Assembly: GCA_900617105.1 (NCBI GenBank)
Contig: UYFQ01000561.1
Span: forward strand, 1 to 64,000
DNA: 64,000 nucleotides
Origin: Hydrurus foetidus
Lineage: Eukaryota
Direction: 5' to 3'
The position numbers and the translations under genes are program-made. The notes beneath the pieces were generated by a model. The model was given only the letters and a program-made list of their open reading frames with translations. It had not been told where the DNA came from and searched no databases. Below, piece after piece: positions 38,501 to 51,621 of the stretch (its first letter is position 1; each line of letters opens with the position of its first letter).

Positions 38501-39103
38501 GTAAACCTAAATATTCTCTTTTAGTAGTGGACGACTCGAGACTAAATAGGAAAATGTTGGTGAAGTGTCTGACTGCTGATGGTCACGTTTGTTTCGAGAG
38601 TGCTGACGGGTTAGAAGCGATCTCTGTGGTGAAGGAAAGGATGGACTATGCGAATGGCGGACATGCACAGCCGTTTGACGCCATATTGATGGATTTTATA
38701 ATGCCCAACATGGATGGCCCGACAGCTACCAAGGAGATCAGAGATCTCGGCTACAAGGCCCCTATATTCGGTGTCACTGGAAACGGTAAGTTTAATTATT
38801 ACTATTTTATATTTTATGTTGTTTAGGTCTACCACAGAAATACGAATTTTTATTCCAACTTCTTTTTTTTTACTGTTTTTCATGAGAATTTACGTGAATG
38901 GCGATTGTACGATACATCGCATACAAATTACAACTTGCATGACGCAGACATAGCTAGCACATCACATATCATTGAGACACTGCATTTAATATTTAACAGG
39001 TCTCCCGCTTGACATCAGTCACTTTATGGCATGTGGCGCGAACAAAGTGTTGATTAAACCGTTGGACATTTCCCTCTTCGCTTCTGCAATGAAAGAATTA
39101 TAA
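35518..39103 (+). CDS. Multi-pass membrane hybrid histidine kinase (TM region, HisKA, HATPase_c, receiver), 4 exons
   Basis: H-box SHELRTPLN, N-box QVIRNIISNALKFT, G1 VTDNGVGI, G2 GGSGLGMWI, and receiver LVVDD...ILMDFIMPNMDG...VTGN...IKP. Several hydrophobic segments in exon 1. Exons approx. 35518-36504, 36649-37398, 38008-38785, 39000-39103. Confidence 0.92.
37690..37935. repeat. Degenerate (CATAT/CACAT)n pentamer tract in an intron
   Basis: Clear 5-nt periodicity. Confidence 0.85.
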
Positions 39104-41386
39104 AACGAATGAAACAGATTGAAATAATATAAAATAAAATAGTATAATATAAAATAACATTATATAAAACACTAAAAGCATAGTACTCCGTATTTGAGAA
39201 TTGTGAGCACTTGGATTTTATTCGTTTTATTGACCAATGGAGGAACGAATATAATATCCATCATCTCATAGCTTGTAATCTCGAACTGACAATAAGAACT
39301 CAATATAACATAATATAGTAAAACACATCAAATCAAATTACTGAGATAAAAGAAGAATACGTGTATGAAAATAAAAATATCGAAGAAATAAATGATTTAT
39401 TGTGCCGTGATAAAAGCAGCCATCGTTGATTCCAGAATATTCTGGAATGAAAAAATCGAAGGTCTCATGTAGGTGCTAATTTAATCGAAAGTATGAAAGA
39501 TGAAATGGCGCCTACTGAATACCCATCTATTTCTAATCTGTGTTAAGATAAGAATATTAGATGCATTTAAGATACAAAACACGATGAAAAGGAAATGAAA
39601 TAATTGGGGAGGAACTAATTATTAATGGAAAAAAGAAGTGCAGAGCGAAGCAGTGCGATGCAGTAAAGTACAGAATATTCGATACGGTAAACGACGTAAA
39701 GAGAAATTACAGTATCGAATGTTACAGCTTAATATGCGGCTTATTTGTAAATGTGTTGGGGTGTGAAATAGTATTGCGTTATCATAAAAAAATGTCTACG
39801 AAATTAAACGTACGTACGTACGTGTATTCATTCAAAACTCAAAACGTTCTTAACGTAGTATATGCGACTAGTATCACACACGCACTTAGTGATTTTGATT
39901 GCCGTATCTATCGATTTAGAACAGGGAACGATCAATGTACTGAATAGTACTTACTGTATCGTACGGAACAATCATATGCAGATTAAACACTCTGTGGAAA
40001 GTAAGGGGAGAGGAGATGGGTGGGGGTGGGAGAAGAGGAGCAACATAGAGGACGCGATATCAAGAGGGGGGGAAGTGATTATTAAAGAAGAAAGAATAGG
40101 GAAAGGTGTGGGACACCGTGTTACACCGTATCGTAGAGAGCCGTATTATGCCGTATTTTGGGAAGCCATATAATGCCGTCGTTCACGTTTAAATCCGGCA
40201 GACTTAGATCTCTGACAATGTACAGCATGGCGTTGGGTACCATACAACTTAATTTATTATTACTCATTTCATTTCAGTGCATTTCATATTTTATAGTTTA
40301 TTTTAATGAAGCTTACTTAGTTTTGGTTGCTTTCAGTTTAGTTTAGTTTTATATACAGCCGTACGACTCACAAAATAACTTTTTCTTTCAATGAATATTA
40401 CGTTATCACTTAATCAAGAGAGAGTAAACGGATCGTAACTCCATATTACACCATATCAATTATTCTTACACTATTCTTATTCCGAATACTATGCCAACGA
40501 ACCTATTTTTGGTACCTGTTCCTATGCCTTTTATTTTCACCATTAATGAACTACCATACCAGACGCGATTTATATGACAAAAAGGCTACGAAAATTTTCG
40601 CCATTTCCAATATTTTACTAAAAGTTGTACAGAAATGAAAGAGACGTTATTTCAGATATCGTGGTATTCTTGTACTATAGATATAAATTCTTTTTATTTC
40701 GAATTAGACTCTAGTATAAGATTTAAAACAAATTTTGTGTTCCTTTTCTTTTTTCAAGATTTTTTATTCTGGGTTATTATTTATTGGTTCGAGAACTGTG
40801 GAGTCGGTCATTTTATTAGAGTGTCTATGGAAACGGGAATATCTACGATCCGAGATCTGGGTTGCTTGTGGGAAATCTTATGGAGGAGAAGAGGGGGTAA
40901 ATTTCGAGAAAAAAGTGGGGTTCTTGACCGATATCACCGTTTGGACGAACACTCTGCTCACACGCAACCCAGCTCATTAGAGCATGCTCGATATTGCGAT
41001 ATTGCAATTTAAAAGTAGATGGCAGGGAAGATCATCATGGGATTATCATCCTCCTTGAACTTCCTGCTAGTAACTCATCGGTTCAGACAGCAAATGATCG
41101 GATCGGATTGCCCAGCAACCTCTCGGTCAAACGACCCACAGAAAAATGTTTTTTTCTCCATCATAATATTGCGATTCTGTAACAAAGAGGTTGTGTCGAT
41201 CAAAACAATTTCGCATCAAAGAAGAACAGTCTGTACCGTCTGAATTACAGGAGGACAAGTTCCTAGGGTACGTATGAGGTGCTCTGTAATAAAAAATGAT
41301 GTTACATTTAGCATTCCAAGATTTACGAAGTGATAGTTAGGAAATGAGTGATAATGAACGCACTTATGTCTGTGACGTTCTCTGTA

Positions 41387-42121
41387 CCGTAGTGACCGGA
41401 TACTTCATAAACGGCTAACTTCATAATCGAGGTCTTTTTATAAGAGCATCCGATTCTCACTGACGGTTTCTCAAAAGTAGCTTTTTAGGTACAATCAATT
41501 ACTTTTTTACTTTTATTAAACTATCCTAAAACTTGTCTTAACGGTATTTAATCACTCTCATTGCCGCTTTCCATATCAGAGGTAACACCCAATTCCTCCG
41601 CATCAGATGTGAAACCCAATTCCTCGATTGCCAAAGTTTCGTTTTCTTTTGTGCGGGACGAAGATCAGGAATTTCTTCTGCCAGTCCATCTATTTCGTCC
41701 TGCACTCTCTCCTCATCCGTTCGCTTGTCTTCAGCAATTTCTGCATTCCTTGCATCATCTCTTCTTTTTCTCGCAGCCAATCTGTCTGCCTCCCTCTGCT
41801 CTTCAATTTGTGCGCGTCGCATGTCTTTCTTGACTGCCTCTGCTGCTTCTCTCTCTTCGTCTCTGAAATTCTGGACGCTTAAATTTGCCAAGTGATGCTT
41901 TTTCTTCACAGAACTGAAGAAGTTTCTGAGATCCATTTTGCGCCGAGCACTTATCATACTGAGGATGTTGACTGAGCTTTCTGAATATGAGTGTGACCGC
42001 CTGCTTCATAATCGCTTACCTTCATAATTTTGAAAAAAGAATTATAAATGCATCCGGTTTACACTTATGGTCCAACAGCAGAATTATGGTCCGACGATTA
42101 TGAAGTATCCGGTCACTACGG
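41387..42121 (-). mobile_element. 735-bp non-autonomous TIR element, probably an internal-deletion derivative
   Basis: Perfect 24-bp TIRs: CCGTAGTGACCGGATACTTCATAA at 41387-41410 and 42098-42121, with TA on both sides. Contains a short charged minus-strand ORF (41538-41957) with no DDE motifs. Confidence 0.9.
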
Positions 42122-42281
42122 TACTCTGTACTCTGTTTGTCGTATACGTACGTACCTCTACTTCGTGTTCCGGGTTTGGGGTGCCTCTCATTATACTCTC
42201 AGCATAATGCAAATCTAACATCACGCGGCACCTGAATTTCCTGCATCATCCTCGGCTGTGGAGACAGTCACTGAAACCGAG

Positions 42282-43640
42282 ATGAGTGATACCATTGGCC
42301 ATGAAACGTTTTTGTATGGGGCCGACAGCGAGACACAGTTCATCAGGTTTGACCCACTATCAAGTTACTGAGCGCCAGACTGGCCTCTCTTTTCATCACA
42401 ACTCACGAGGGCGTTTGTGACGATGCATATGAATAACTTCTTTGTTCAGATACCATAGGTCAAGCTCAGAGAAGAGAACCGTCTTCGCTATAATTCATGG
42501 TGGTTATTGGAAGAAAAAATATGGAGTAGATACGAGTGGAATAGACTCCTTAGTGCCCTTCCTGTTGAGGTGATTTGAGGATTAAACCTTTTATTTTGAT
42601 ACATCATCTGATTTAAGAGATCTGGCACTGCACATATACACAGTCGAGGATATGACGTTTGTCTTATCGAGTATCGGAGAGTTGGTCACGCAGGTGGCGG
42701 CTGGCCAGGAACTAATGACGACATTTTACAGGCCTTATATAAGCTGGAGGATGTCATATGCAGTCACGAGGTATCTGCAGAGCGCTCACCAGAATGTCAC
42801 GCAGTAGACTATAAGAGAAGAGTCGTTGTTCTGGGTCACTCTGCAGGCGGAACATTGGCACTCTGGGCGACAAGCAAAATGAGAAAACTGACAGATGCGA
42901 TGTCTATTGCATTGTGTGTTGCTGTGGCTCCTATAGGAGATCTTGTAGAAGGGCATGCTAGGAAACTGAGTGATGACGGGGATGCTATCAGTTTATACAT
43001 GGGGTGTGACCCTTCAGATCATTTAGATCAGAACGGAATATCCGACTGTCCATACAGGTGAGATGATAGCATATGAAGAGAATGAAGGAGATTTCGAATT
43101 GATCATTGTCGATACGTATTACATGCCCAAAATGCTGCCGTGGGTGCTTTTTTGTTTTTTACTAGTACAGTGAATATCATGGACACAATAACAAATTCAT
43201 TTTTACAAAAAACATCTGACGAATTGCAACATTACTTACTCTTCCCCTCACTATTTTTTCTCTAAAAATTCCTATCGTTCAGCTTGGCGTCCCCTCATAA
43301 ACTTTTGCCCTTGAAAGTGCGTACTTTGATCGCAATAGGAACTTTGGATTCAGACGTTCCACCAGATATGGTTATTGAATTTCACAAATTGGCATGTGAT
43401 GCACATAACTTGCAAATGGAAATTGAAATTGATGGATGCACTCCTACAAATAACAATCCCACAAATAAAAATACGGAGAATACGGAGTGCGTTTCTGGAA
43501 ATAAAAATGTCCAATTTTTACATCCTGCCACACCTGCGCTGCTAGTGGTTGCCGATGCTGATCATTACAATATTTTAAATGCCTCTTCTGATAAATGGCT
43601 GGAACTCTTTGTGAACATAGAAAAACATTTGATAGAGTGA
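42282..43640 (+). CDS. Alpha/beta hydrolase (HGG-motif esterase/lipase), 4 exons
   Basis: AIIHGGYW, EYRRVGHAGGGWPGTNDD, nucleophile motif GHSAG, acid GTLDSDVP and His in ADHY. Exons approx. 42282-42346, 42450-42569, 42644-43057, 43283-43640. Confidence 0.85.
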
Positions 43641-44069
43641 TTTCATGATAAAATGTAGTTTCAATTTTGAATGACATAAGTCCAAAGAATGGTAGTACAG
43701 TTGTACATTTTGCTGTTTAAGTAATTCTTTTTAGATTGAATAGGCTAGGACGCCATGCACTGTAACACAAATAAAAGAAAGAAATTGAAGAAGGGTATTT
43801 CATATTTGATGACGTTTTTCAAATTCGAATTTGAATCATTTGAATTTTTCGACACAAACGAAATCCTTGATTCTTCGCTCTTGTTCGTTCACGTGTCATG
43901 AAACGGTGGTACCATTTTAAATGTTCTAAATCGAATATGCTTTCGTTAGGGCTTTATCATTGAAACCCATCTTCACGTCACTGTCATTTCTGCGTGAAGG
44001 CTGTGGGCTTGTGATTTCGCTGATTGAGATTGAATACTGCGGAGGTCGCGATCACAAAACGGTAACATT

Positions 44070-46994
44070 ATGAAGTCTGACTTGAGAATCCTTTGTCTGA
44101 ACGATGTCTACAAGCCTGAGAGATTCTCTATGATGAAAACACTGCGAACTCAATATGCTGGACTCGGAGTAACTAAACTAGGTATCACCATCTCTACACT
44201 CAATGTTTAATTGCATTACTTCGATGTGACCTGTAGTCACAAATCAGATCGCCGATTGCAGACTGACTACTTTTCCTTTTCAGTTCTCCCTGGTGACTTT
44301 CTGGGGGGCTCCACTTACGCAGCAGCTCACAAGGGAGAATCTGTTCTAGAAGTCCTCAATGAATTGAACGTTGACTACTTTACGCTCGGAAATCATGAAT
44401 TTGACTTTGGCGCTACTAGAGTTGGTGAACTAATGGACAAATCAAACTTTAAATGGCTTGGTTCCAATGTACGTCACGCAGATTCAGGAGCTCTTTTCAA
44501 AAGCGTATTAGATACCGATATATTTGAAGTTAAAATCGGGACAAAATACGCAGCTTCTAATGATTCTGATAAGAAGGACGACGAAGTAGATGACATCGTT
44601 AGGATTGGAGTGTTCGGTGTCTGCACCCAATTCACACCAATGCTATCAGATCCTGGTGACAATGTGATATTTGAGGATGTATTCGAGCATTCCGAGAGAT
44701 GTGTGTCTACTCTCAAGAAGCTCGAATGCGATTATATTATTGGATTGACTCATTTGGAACTGGAGAATGACAAAAGAATAGCAGAGGCATTGGACATAAA
44801 TATCATCATAGGTAAATAGAAATCAGTAAATAGCAAAATGTCTGATCACTATGATCACAGATTAAAACAATCGAACAACTCAATTTTAGAATTACAACAT
44901 AACAACATTTCTGATGTACGACCTTTGTACGTACTTACAGGCGGACATGAGCACACACCATTCTACTTCACCCATTCCGGAACAACAGTAATAAAATGCG
45001 GTCAGAATATGGATCATCTAGGAATTCTTGATTTGTCATTTCAACGAGATATTGAAGGATGTGTAACTGCAGTTCATAATTTTGAGTTGCTGCCTACAGA
45101 AGGCACCAAATGCTGTCCAGATGTCGATGCAGTTATCAAGAAATGGAGAGACTGCACAGCGGAAGGCTCTGGTGGTGGGGACATACTATGTGCTGTTGGT
45201 GACCACGTTCTGTCCACTCTAACATCTGATTTACGATGCACCGAGACTGCCTTTGCGTGCATGGTTGCAGATGCTATTGTTGACTCGTACAAAGAAGAGG
45301 GGTGTCAGCTTGCCATTCAAAACGGAGGATTCATAAGGTACGAGAACTCATCACATTCTTACAATTCTTGCTCTGAGTCAAGCCTGACTTTTATCATAAG
45401 ACACTCTATGTTTTTTTTAAATTTGAAATTGACTTACCACCTGAACATCCTCTGTAGTTCTATTTTTAATATTTATCGCAGTTCAAGCAAATCTCCGTTA
45501 CGCTACAGTAGCTATTCATCTGACTATCACTAGCTTATTTATCACCAATCCTCAAGCCAATTTTATCTCTGAGTCGTTAAGCACATTCCTCTCCCCTCCT
45601 CCTTCTTGACAATGCTTTATGGGTTTTTCTTCTTTTCGTTCCCCATTCTTTCTCCTCCCCTCTTCCTTCTTTCTTTCTCTCCTTCTACTTTTTTGCTCCT
45701 TCTGCTTGTTCTTATTCTTCCTCTTTTTCCTTTCTCCTTTCTGTTCCTCACAACTATTATCTCGACCCCCCTCCATCAAACTCATCACCCTCTCTTCCTC
45801 ACACTCGCATACAAAACACACAGACAGGACATGATATACAAACCCAGCACAATTCTTACACGGTCAACGATTCTATCAGAGATGCCCTTCCCCCGCGTAC
45901 CATCCCTTCTGAAAATGAAATTAGAGGACATCGTTACTGGACTTGAACAAATGATAGCGGGGGCACCAGGTATGATGAGTAGCTGTGATAATTATCATGT
46001 AACACGGTATTATCACATAATATTGCATCACGTCACATCATACCATATCACATTTTATGAGACTATCGTACTGAATTACGTCACGTCACGTCACGTCACA
46101 GAGTATCACTGAGTTTTTCATTACATCCCATGTTATTGATGTGCTGTGGGTGTTTTGATATCCTACATCAATCACGTTACCTAAGTAGGCAAAGTAGGGT
46201 TGGATGATATGAGACAGGGTAACATAGCATAGCATAGGACAGTGCATTGTAGTGTAGTGTACTGTACTGTACTGTACTGTACTGTACTGTACTGTACTGT
46301 ACTGTACTGTACTGTACTGTAGTGTAAGGTGTAAGGTGTAAGTTGTAAGGTGAGATAGCACAACAGAGAGTGAGCGGGGTAAGGGGTTTACTCAATTTTA
46401 TCCGGTTACTTTATAGTGCACTTGTTCAACACGATGCAACATGGAATAAGGCATACTCTAGTGGACATTGGATTTCAATCATATGTGTTATCAATGGTTC
46501 TAGTGGGGTTCTCATTGTTAGTTGCTGATGTAGGAGTCATATTGTCCACGCAGCATTTATCTACCAGTTACGAAATGTACGACCTGTTCAAAAAAGATAA
46601 TCTACCCTATCGCTTAATCTCTATCCACTCTCCATCACCCTTTGTCGACCATTGTATCGCAGCTGCTGTGGGGAGCTTTCCCCATATATCGGCTGGATGG
46701 TGCATCACATACGATCTCTCAGAACCCCCTCTAAAAAGACTACAAACGATTGCACACAACAACAATGTACTCGATCTAACGGATGAGTCGGTCAGACAGT
46801 CCGTGTATCTCGTGAGTATATCAGATTTCTATGTAGATAAAGGAGGGGATGGAGTGGATATTTTTACCACACAGGAAATCGTATCAGAGCACAGGAAACT
46901 GGTGGCGCACTGTGTGGTGGATTATTTAGACCAGCACGTAGATGTGCTGTGCGGGGACCCACCTGGTCGATTCACGTGCATCACTAGAAACTGA
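44070..46994 (+). CDS. 5'-nucleotidase-family metallophosphoesterase, 5 exons, no obvious signal peptide
   Basis: NDVY, GDFL, GNHEFD, LTH and GGHEH motifs, then a C-terminal 5'-nucleotidase domain (NGGFIR, MPF, GSFPHISAG, DFYVDKGGDG). Confidence 0.9.
46245..46352. repeat. (ACTGT)n microsatellite followed by (TGTAAGG)n, intronic
   Basis: About 12 perfect ACTGT units at 46261-46320. Confidence 0.95.
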
Positions 46995-48506
46995 AACTGA
47001 AACAGACAAGTACGCTGACAGAGACACTGACGCGTGCATGGACAAGTACATAGACAGCGACGAACTAGCATTGATACTTGTGCTTAATCTTGCCTGACCT
47101 AAAGTAGAATCCAACAGCTGTTCTTGGTGCCTTCTCAAGTTTGCTTCAGTGATGTTCTCAAGCCATTCTGTATATCTCCTTCTCAAACTTTCCTCAGTGT
47201 TGCCTTGTCCTGTAGTTAAGATTTCAACATGTCATGCTCGGCAATACGTCTTGATTGCTGACACTGACTAGATTACACTGACACGCGTGAGATTCATCAC
47301 GTGAGAGCAAAGAAAGGCATACCAGAGAGTCGAGGGAGAGATATGTTTACATGTGTCACGATGGAGAGGAGAGACGAGATATCGGACAGACTCATATATG
47401 GACATGAAAGTGTGTCGAGGTCATGTGCATGGATATGACGTGGGCCATAAGGAGGGGCAAATGTGCAGCAATAAGCGACACTTTCTGCCGCAACTCAACA
47501 TCCAGACAGTCGTCACATCACCCTCATCACTCTCTCACTCATCACTTATAGCAGCATTTAACAAGTCAGTCAATACATCCGAAAAGTCTCACCACCAATC
47601 TGAGAACGTGCTTCACTTGACTCTCTTTCGCACTGTCTTGAAAACAGTCGAATTTGTTCTTATTGTTATCAGTACGTCATTACGTCACATCGCACCATCA
47701 CTAGCTGCCGAGCAAGACCCTTACATCCATCTTTTATTCCTCTCCTCTCCATTTCCCCCCTCTCTACCACTCTCCGTCACTTCGCTCCTTCCCTTGAGCA
47801 TACTAGTGGTGTGTATTACAACACACCATATTACAACACACCATATTACAACACACCATATTACCATACCATACCATACCACGAAATGGAGGCATTTTTG
47901 ATCAACCTTCGAGCATCATCTTATTTTATCATCTTCATTCATCTTCACACCTATTCGATCATTTTTGACCGACTTTAATTCAAACAGCACGTGTCGATGA
48001 ACTTCTTTCTTAGACCAATCGGGAATGAATACCAAATAAAAAAGGAGAAAAGTAAATAAAGTGAAATGTTTGACAGGGCATAATAGTGTTACACTGCTAC
48101 CAGCACCCGATACTCCACATCGAGGTATACAGTAAGTGAGCAAGTTTAAAGTACCTCGAACTAGTAAAGTGCCTCTGCATTATCGTGCGGCATACGAAGT
48201 CACACAATGAAATACTACACACAATAAATGGAGCACAACGCACATGAGAAACGTACGTACAATACTACGGAATGAGGAACGTACGTGTGTACACGTACGC
48301 GTTGTTCGTGAATTCTAAATCTACAAATAATGTGATGATGTCACGCTATATACTACATACACTATTACGAATAGAGAATAAAATGTCAGGAAATGCACAC
48401 GAATTCGAGGTTGAAATGCCGATTCAACGGTGCTCAAATCTTTTTTCAGTCTGTCTTCTCGACATTTCATTCTGTTTTGGTGGTACATGATACATTATAA
48501 TGAAAA

Positions 48507-51013
48507 TTAACGCGGTGTTTGGTAGACGTAGTTATCCTTTACAGTACGATGCACCATAGGGGATGACGGGGCAGTAGCTGGTCTCACCAGCACTGACCCT
48601 GGCCCCTTCCTCCCACCCCTGCTGTCTACACCGCTTTTAACCGTTCCATGTTTAGATATACCGGATCTAGCCGTATTGTCCTGCCATCCCCCTCCATTGC
48701 CTTCCCTTCCATGTTGTGCTAGAGGAGAGATAGACACGTATGTGCCTGTTGGACTGGTCCGACCACTAGATGTCACTGGAACAGGAGGCCAATGAGAGGA
48801 TTTCTGTGGACTGGTCTTCGCAGAACCTCCCCCTCCCGTACCCACTCTAGAATTGAACGACTTTTTCAGTAGCGTGTCTTTTACATTATAATATCCCGGC
48901 CCGATTTGAGAATTTTGATCTACGGAATTGTAAATATTTCCTTTGAATAAATTCCTCCCCGCATTTAAATTTGTACCTCCTCTGCTACTCGAACTTGGGA
49001 ATGCTTTATTATCGGTTGTAGAGTGTCCGAAAGCAGAAGGGGGTCGAGCTCCAGCTGACTGGGGTCTCTGCAAAAAATGGAAAAAAAATAAATGACAGTT
49101 AATATTGAAAATGAACAATGAAAAAGGGAGATCAATGATGAATAACGATTATCAGAAAGAATGATTACAGTGAAAACAAATAGTGATTAGCCATTATGGA
49201 ATTAGCAAATAAAATGAAATCGCAGCTAAATTTAGGTGAATTTAATTCAAACTCTGACCCTTCGCCCTTTTCTCAAATCTAATCTTGCTTGGAGTTTTTA
49301 CCTTATTATTGGCCGTAGAAAGCATTCCCCGGTCTACGTTATAATATCCCGGGCCCGGGCTAATTATTGTTTTTGCCGGGCTGCAGGGACTAGCGATTAA
49401 TTCTCCGGACAATAAAACGCCTATGTAAAAATGAAAATTGTCAAAATTGCAGTAAGCAGACACTCGAAATGACTGCTGAGAGCAGAGAAACATTATTAAC
49501 ATAATAAGCTATTATTGTAGCGCACAAAATTCTTTTACAGACCAATTTGTCAACGTCCAAGTGAAGACAAGACGATATCACGCTTATGCACGCACACATT
49601 GTCGAGGTCACAGTTAAACAGGAATGTCATCTATATATTCACATTCTCTAGAAGAATAATGAGAGCTGAGAATATGTTAATGTAATTAAGTATAATACAT
49701 ACGATTAATTCTAGAAAATATCTGTTTTGCAAGATGATTTCAGATCGCATGCAAATTCTGTTGTCAACTTGAGCTAGAAGAACATGGAGAATACGGAAAA
49801 TACTGCACTGCTCATCTCAGAAAAAATACGACGTCAAAGCACATATCATCGAAGTCACAACTAAACAGAGATGACCTCTGAGAACAACGGTGATCACTCT
49901 ATATCCTTCAAATGCGCTTCAAGAAAATCCCATAACTGCTGTTTCGTCTTCACCTCGACAATATGCATCCCATAGCATTAGAGCGCTATATTGCTACTCA
50001 GACTACAGAGAGACGTCTGTGATACGTGCAGCTACTACATGATATTCTAGTACTACAACTCTACTAAAAGCTCCACTAAAAACTACTGTTCTGAAAACTC
50101 TGCCAAGACGAACGAACAATGAACGAAACATGAACAAATATGAAGATAGAAACGGAAAATTCAGATCGAGAATGGAGATATTTGACAGAAGAATTGTTAA
50201 TAGTTCAGATATTGGATAGATAATTCACCTGCTGTGAAGTGATGGGATCGGTCGACTCTGCATTTCTCCGGTTTGAAAGGCTCTCTTTGGGTAAAAGTTT
50301 TATGCGCCCATCCAGCCCTACAAATAGGAAAATATATTGAATTTCTTGATAATTGCTTCTGTGGAATTACTTATCATTATGGTTTGAAACGGAAATAATT
50401 TACGCTGTGAGAATTATACTATCATCAAGACACACAGTAAATCTCGTTGTTGATAATGAGTTGCGCGTGACTTCTTGCAGGAACAATTGAATGCAATTTC
50501 GATGTCGCAATAGTGCAAATATCCGTGATTTCTTTACTCTCAGAAGGCCTTACTTTGATAGCCACAGTGACTATAGTGATGCTGAGAAGAAGTCATAGAA
50601 TTCTGACATGAATCATTCTCATCTAAACTTAACGATTAAGAGACCAGAAAGGACTAGATGATTGATCAGAGAAGACTGAGGTAAACATGCTCGATAGGCG
50701 GCCACTCAAGATGCGACGAGAAAGTTGATACACACCGACTATTTTCTAATTCTGTGGCGTAGTAGGCTCCAGGGCCAACATGCGGGCCCGTCTCAGTCTC
50801 CTTTCAGTGTTGACGGTACAGGGGATGATGAAATGATGAGGGCGGCTGCGATGTCATGGCTTGCATTGACGACTATCAACAGGCTGTCTCTTTCTCTTGC
50901 AATGATTGATGATATTATGTGCAAGTTTTCACCTCAACATGAGCAAAGATGCCACCGCCTTCGCATGTCGGTCTGAGATCTTTGTAGAAGCGAGGCTCAT
51001 CGCCGAAGAGCAT
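48507..51013 (-). CDS. Low-complexity protein with PG-rich (STPG/SHIPPO-like) repeats, possibly ciliary
   Basis: Three repeats in separate exons: VGPGAYY (~50775), SPGPGYYNV (~49350) and IGPGYYNV (~48895). Frame-consistent GT-AG joins from a candidate ATG at 51013. The 5' exon structure is tentative. Confidence 0.65.
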
Positions 51014-51461
51014 CTCTCAAGGCTTTCGAAATTACTGTTTGTAGCAGGTGATTAGGAGATTAGTGATTAGTTTCCAGTGAAAAGAGAGATGAGAGACTTC
51101 GACTTCTCAACGCAACATACGCAACACCTCAACAACTTCTTGCAACAAACGTTCACAGTTCACAGTAAGTACGTAGTCATCGGTTTCAAATACAGGCTGA
51201 AGACACCAAGAAAGGTAAAGTTGAGGACACCGTACCAAATACCAAATACCTTTACCGTAGGGATAGGGAATTACTCACGGCACCCATTAACGGACATACT
51301 ACGTAAATCAATTGAAAATATAGTCTAAGACTGAAATACTTAAACGTGTGTGAGAATACTAAAACGTGTAATGTTCTAATACAAGTTTTTTGTAGTCGAA
51401 TATGTGTAACTTCTACTATCGTAATAAAAGTTGCACAAAAACAACGAAATAATACTAGGTA

Positions 51462-51621
51462 TTGTGCCGGTCATTACTAAACGGGAGAATTTATTTTGCA
51501 GGGAGGTTTTTTCGTGTTTTTGACAGAGGTCAAAATAACTGTTACTTTGATTCTGCGGTCAAAAACACGAATACGCCGCAATTTTTTTTTCTGCGGCACC
51601 GTTTAGTTTTGACCGGCACAA
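51462..51621. mobile_element. Palindromic MITE, copy 2
   Basis: Same TTGTGCCGGTCA termini and TA flanks as 20979-21137, in the opposite orientation. Confidence 0.9.

Noticed and set aside
40635..41320. Possible gene or element remnant
   Set aside because: Only short ORFs in all frames, with no motif or terminal repeats that I could support.
46086..46395. ORFs with STVQY repeats and similar ORFs over simple repeats
   Set aside because: They are translations of intronic microsatellites.
50803..50875. Apparent in-frame TGA in the PG-rich gene (readthrough or selenocysteine)
   Set aside because: An AAG acceptor immediately after it places the TGA inside an intron and keeps the frame.
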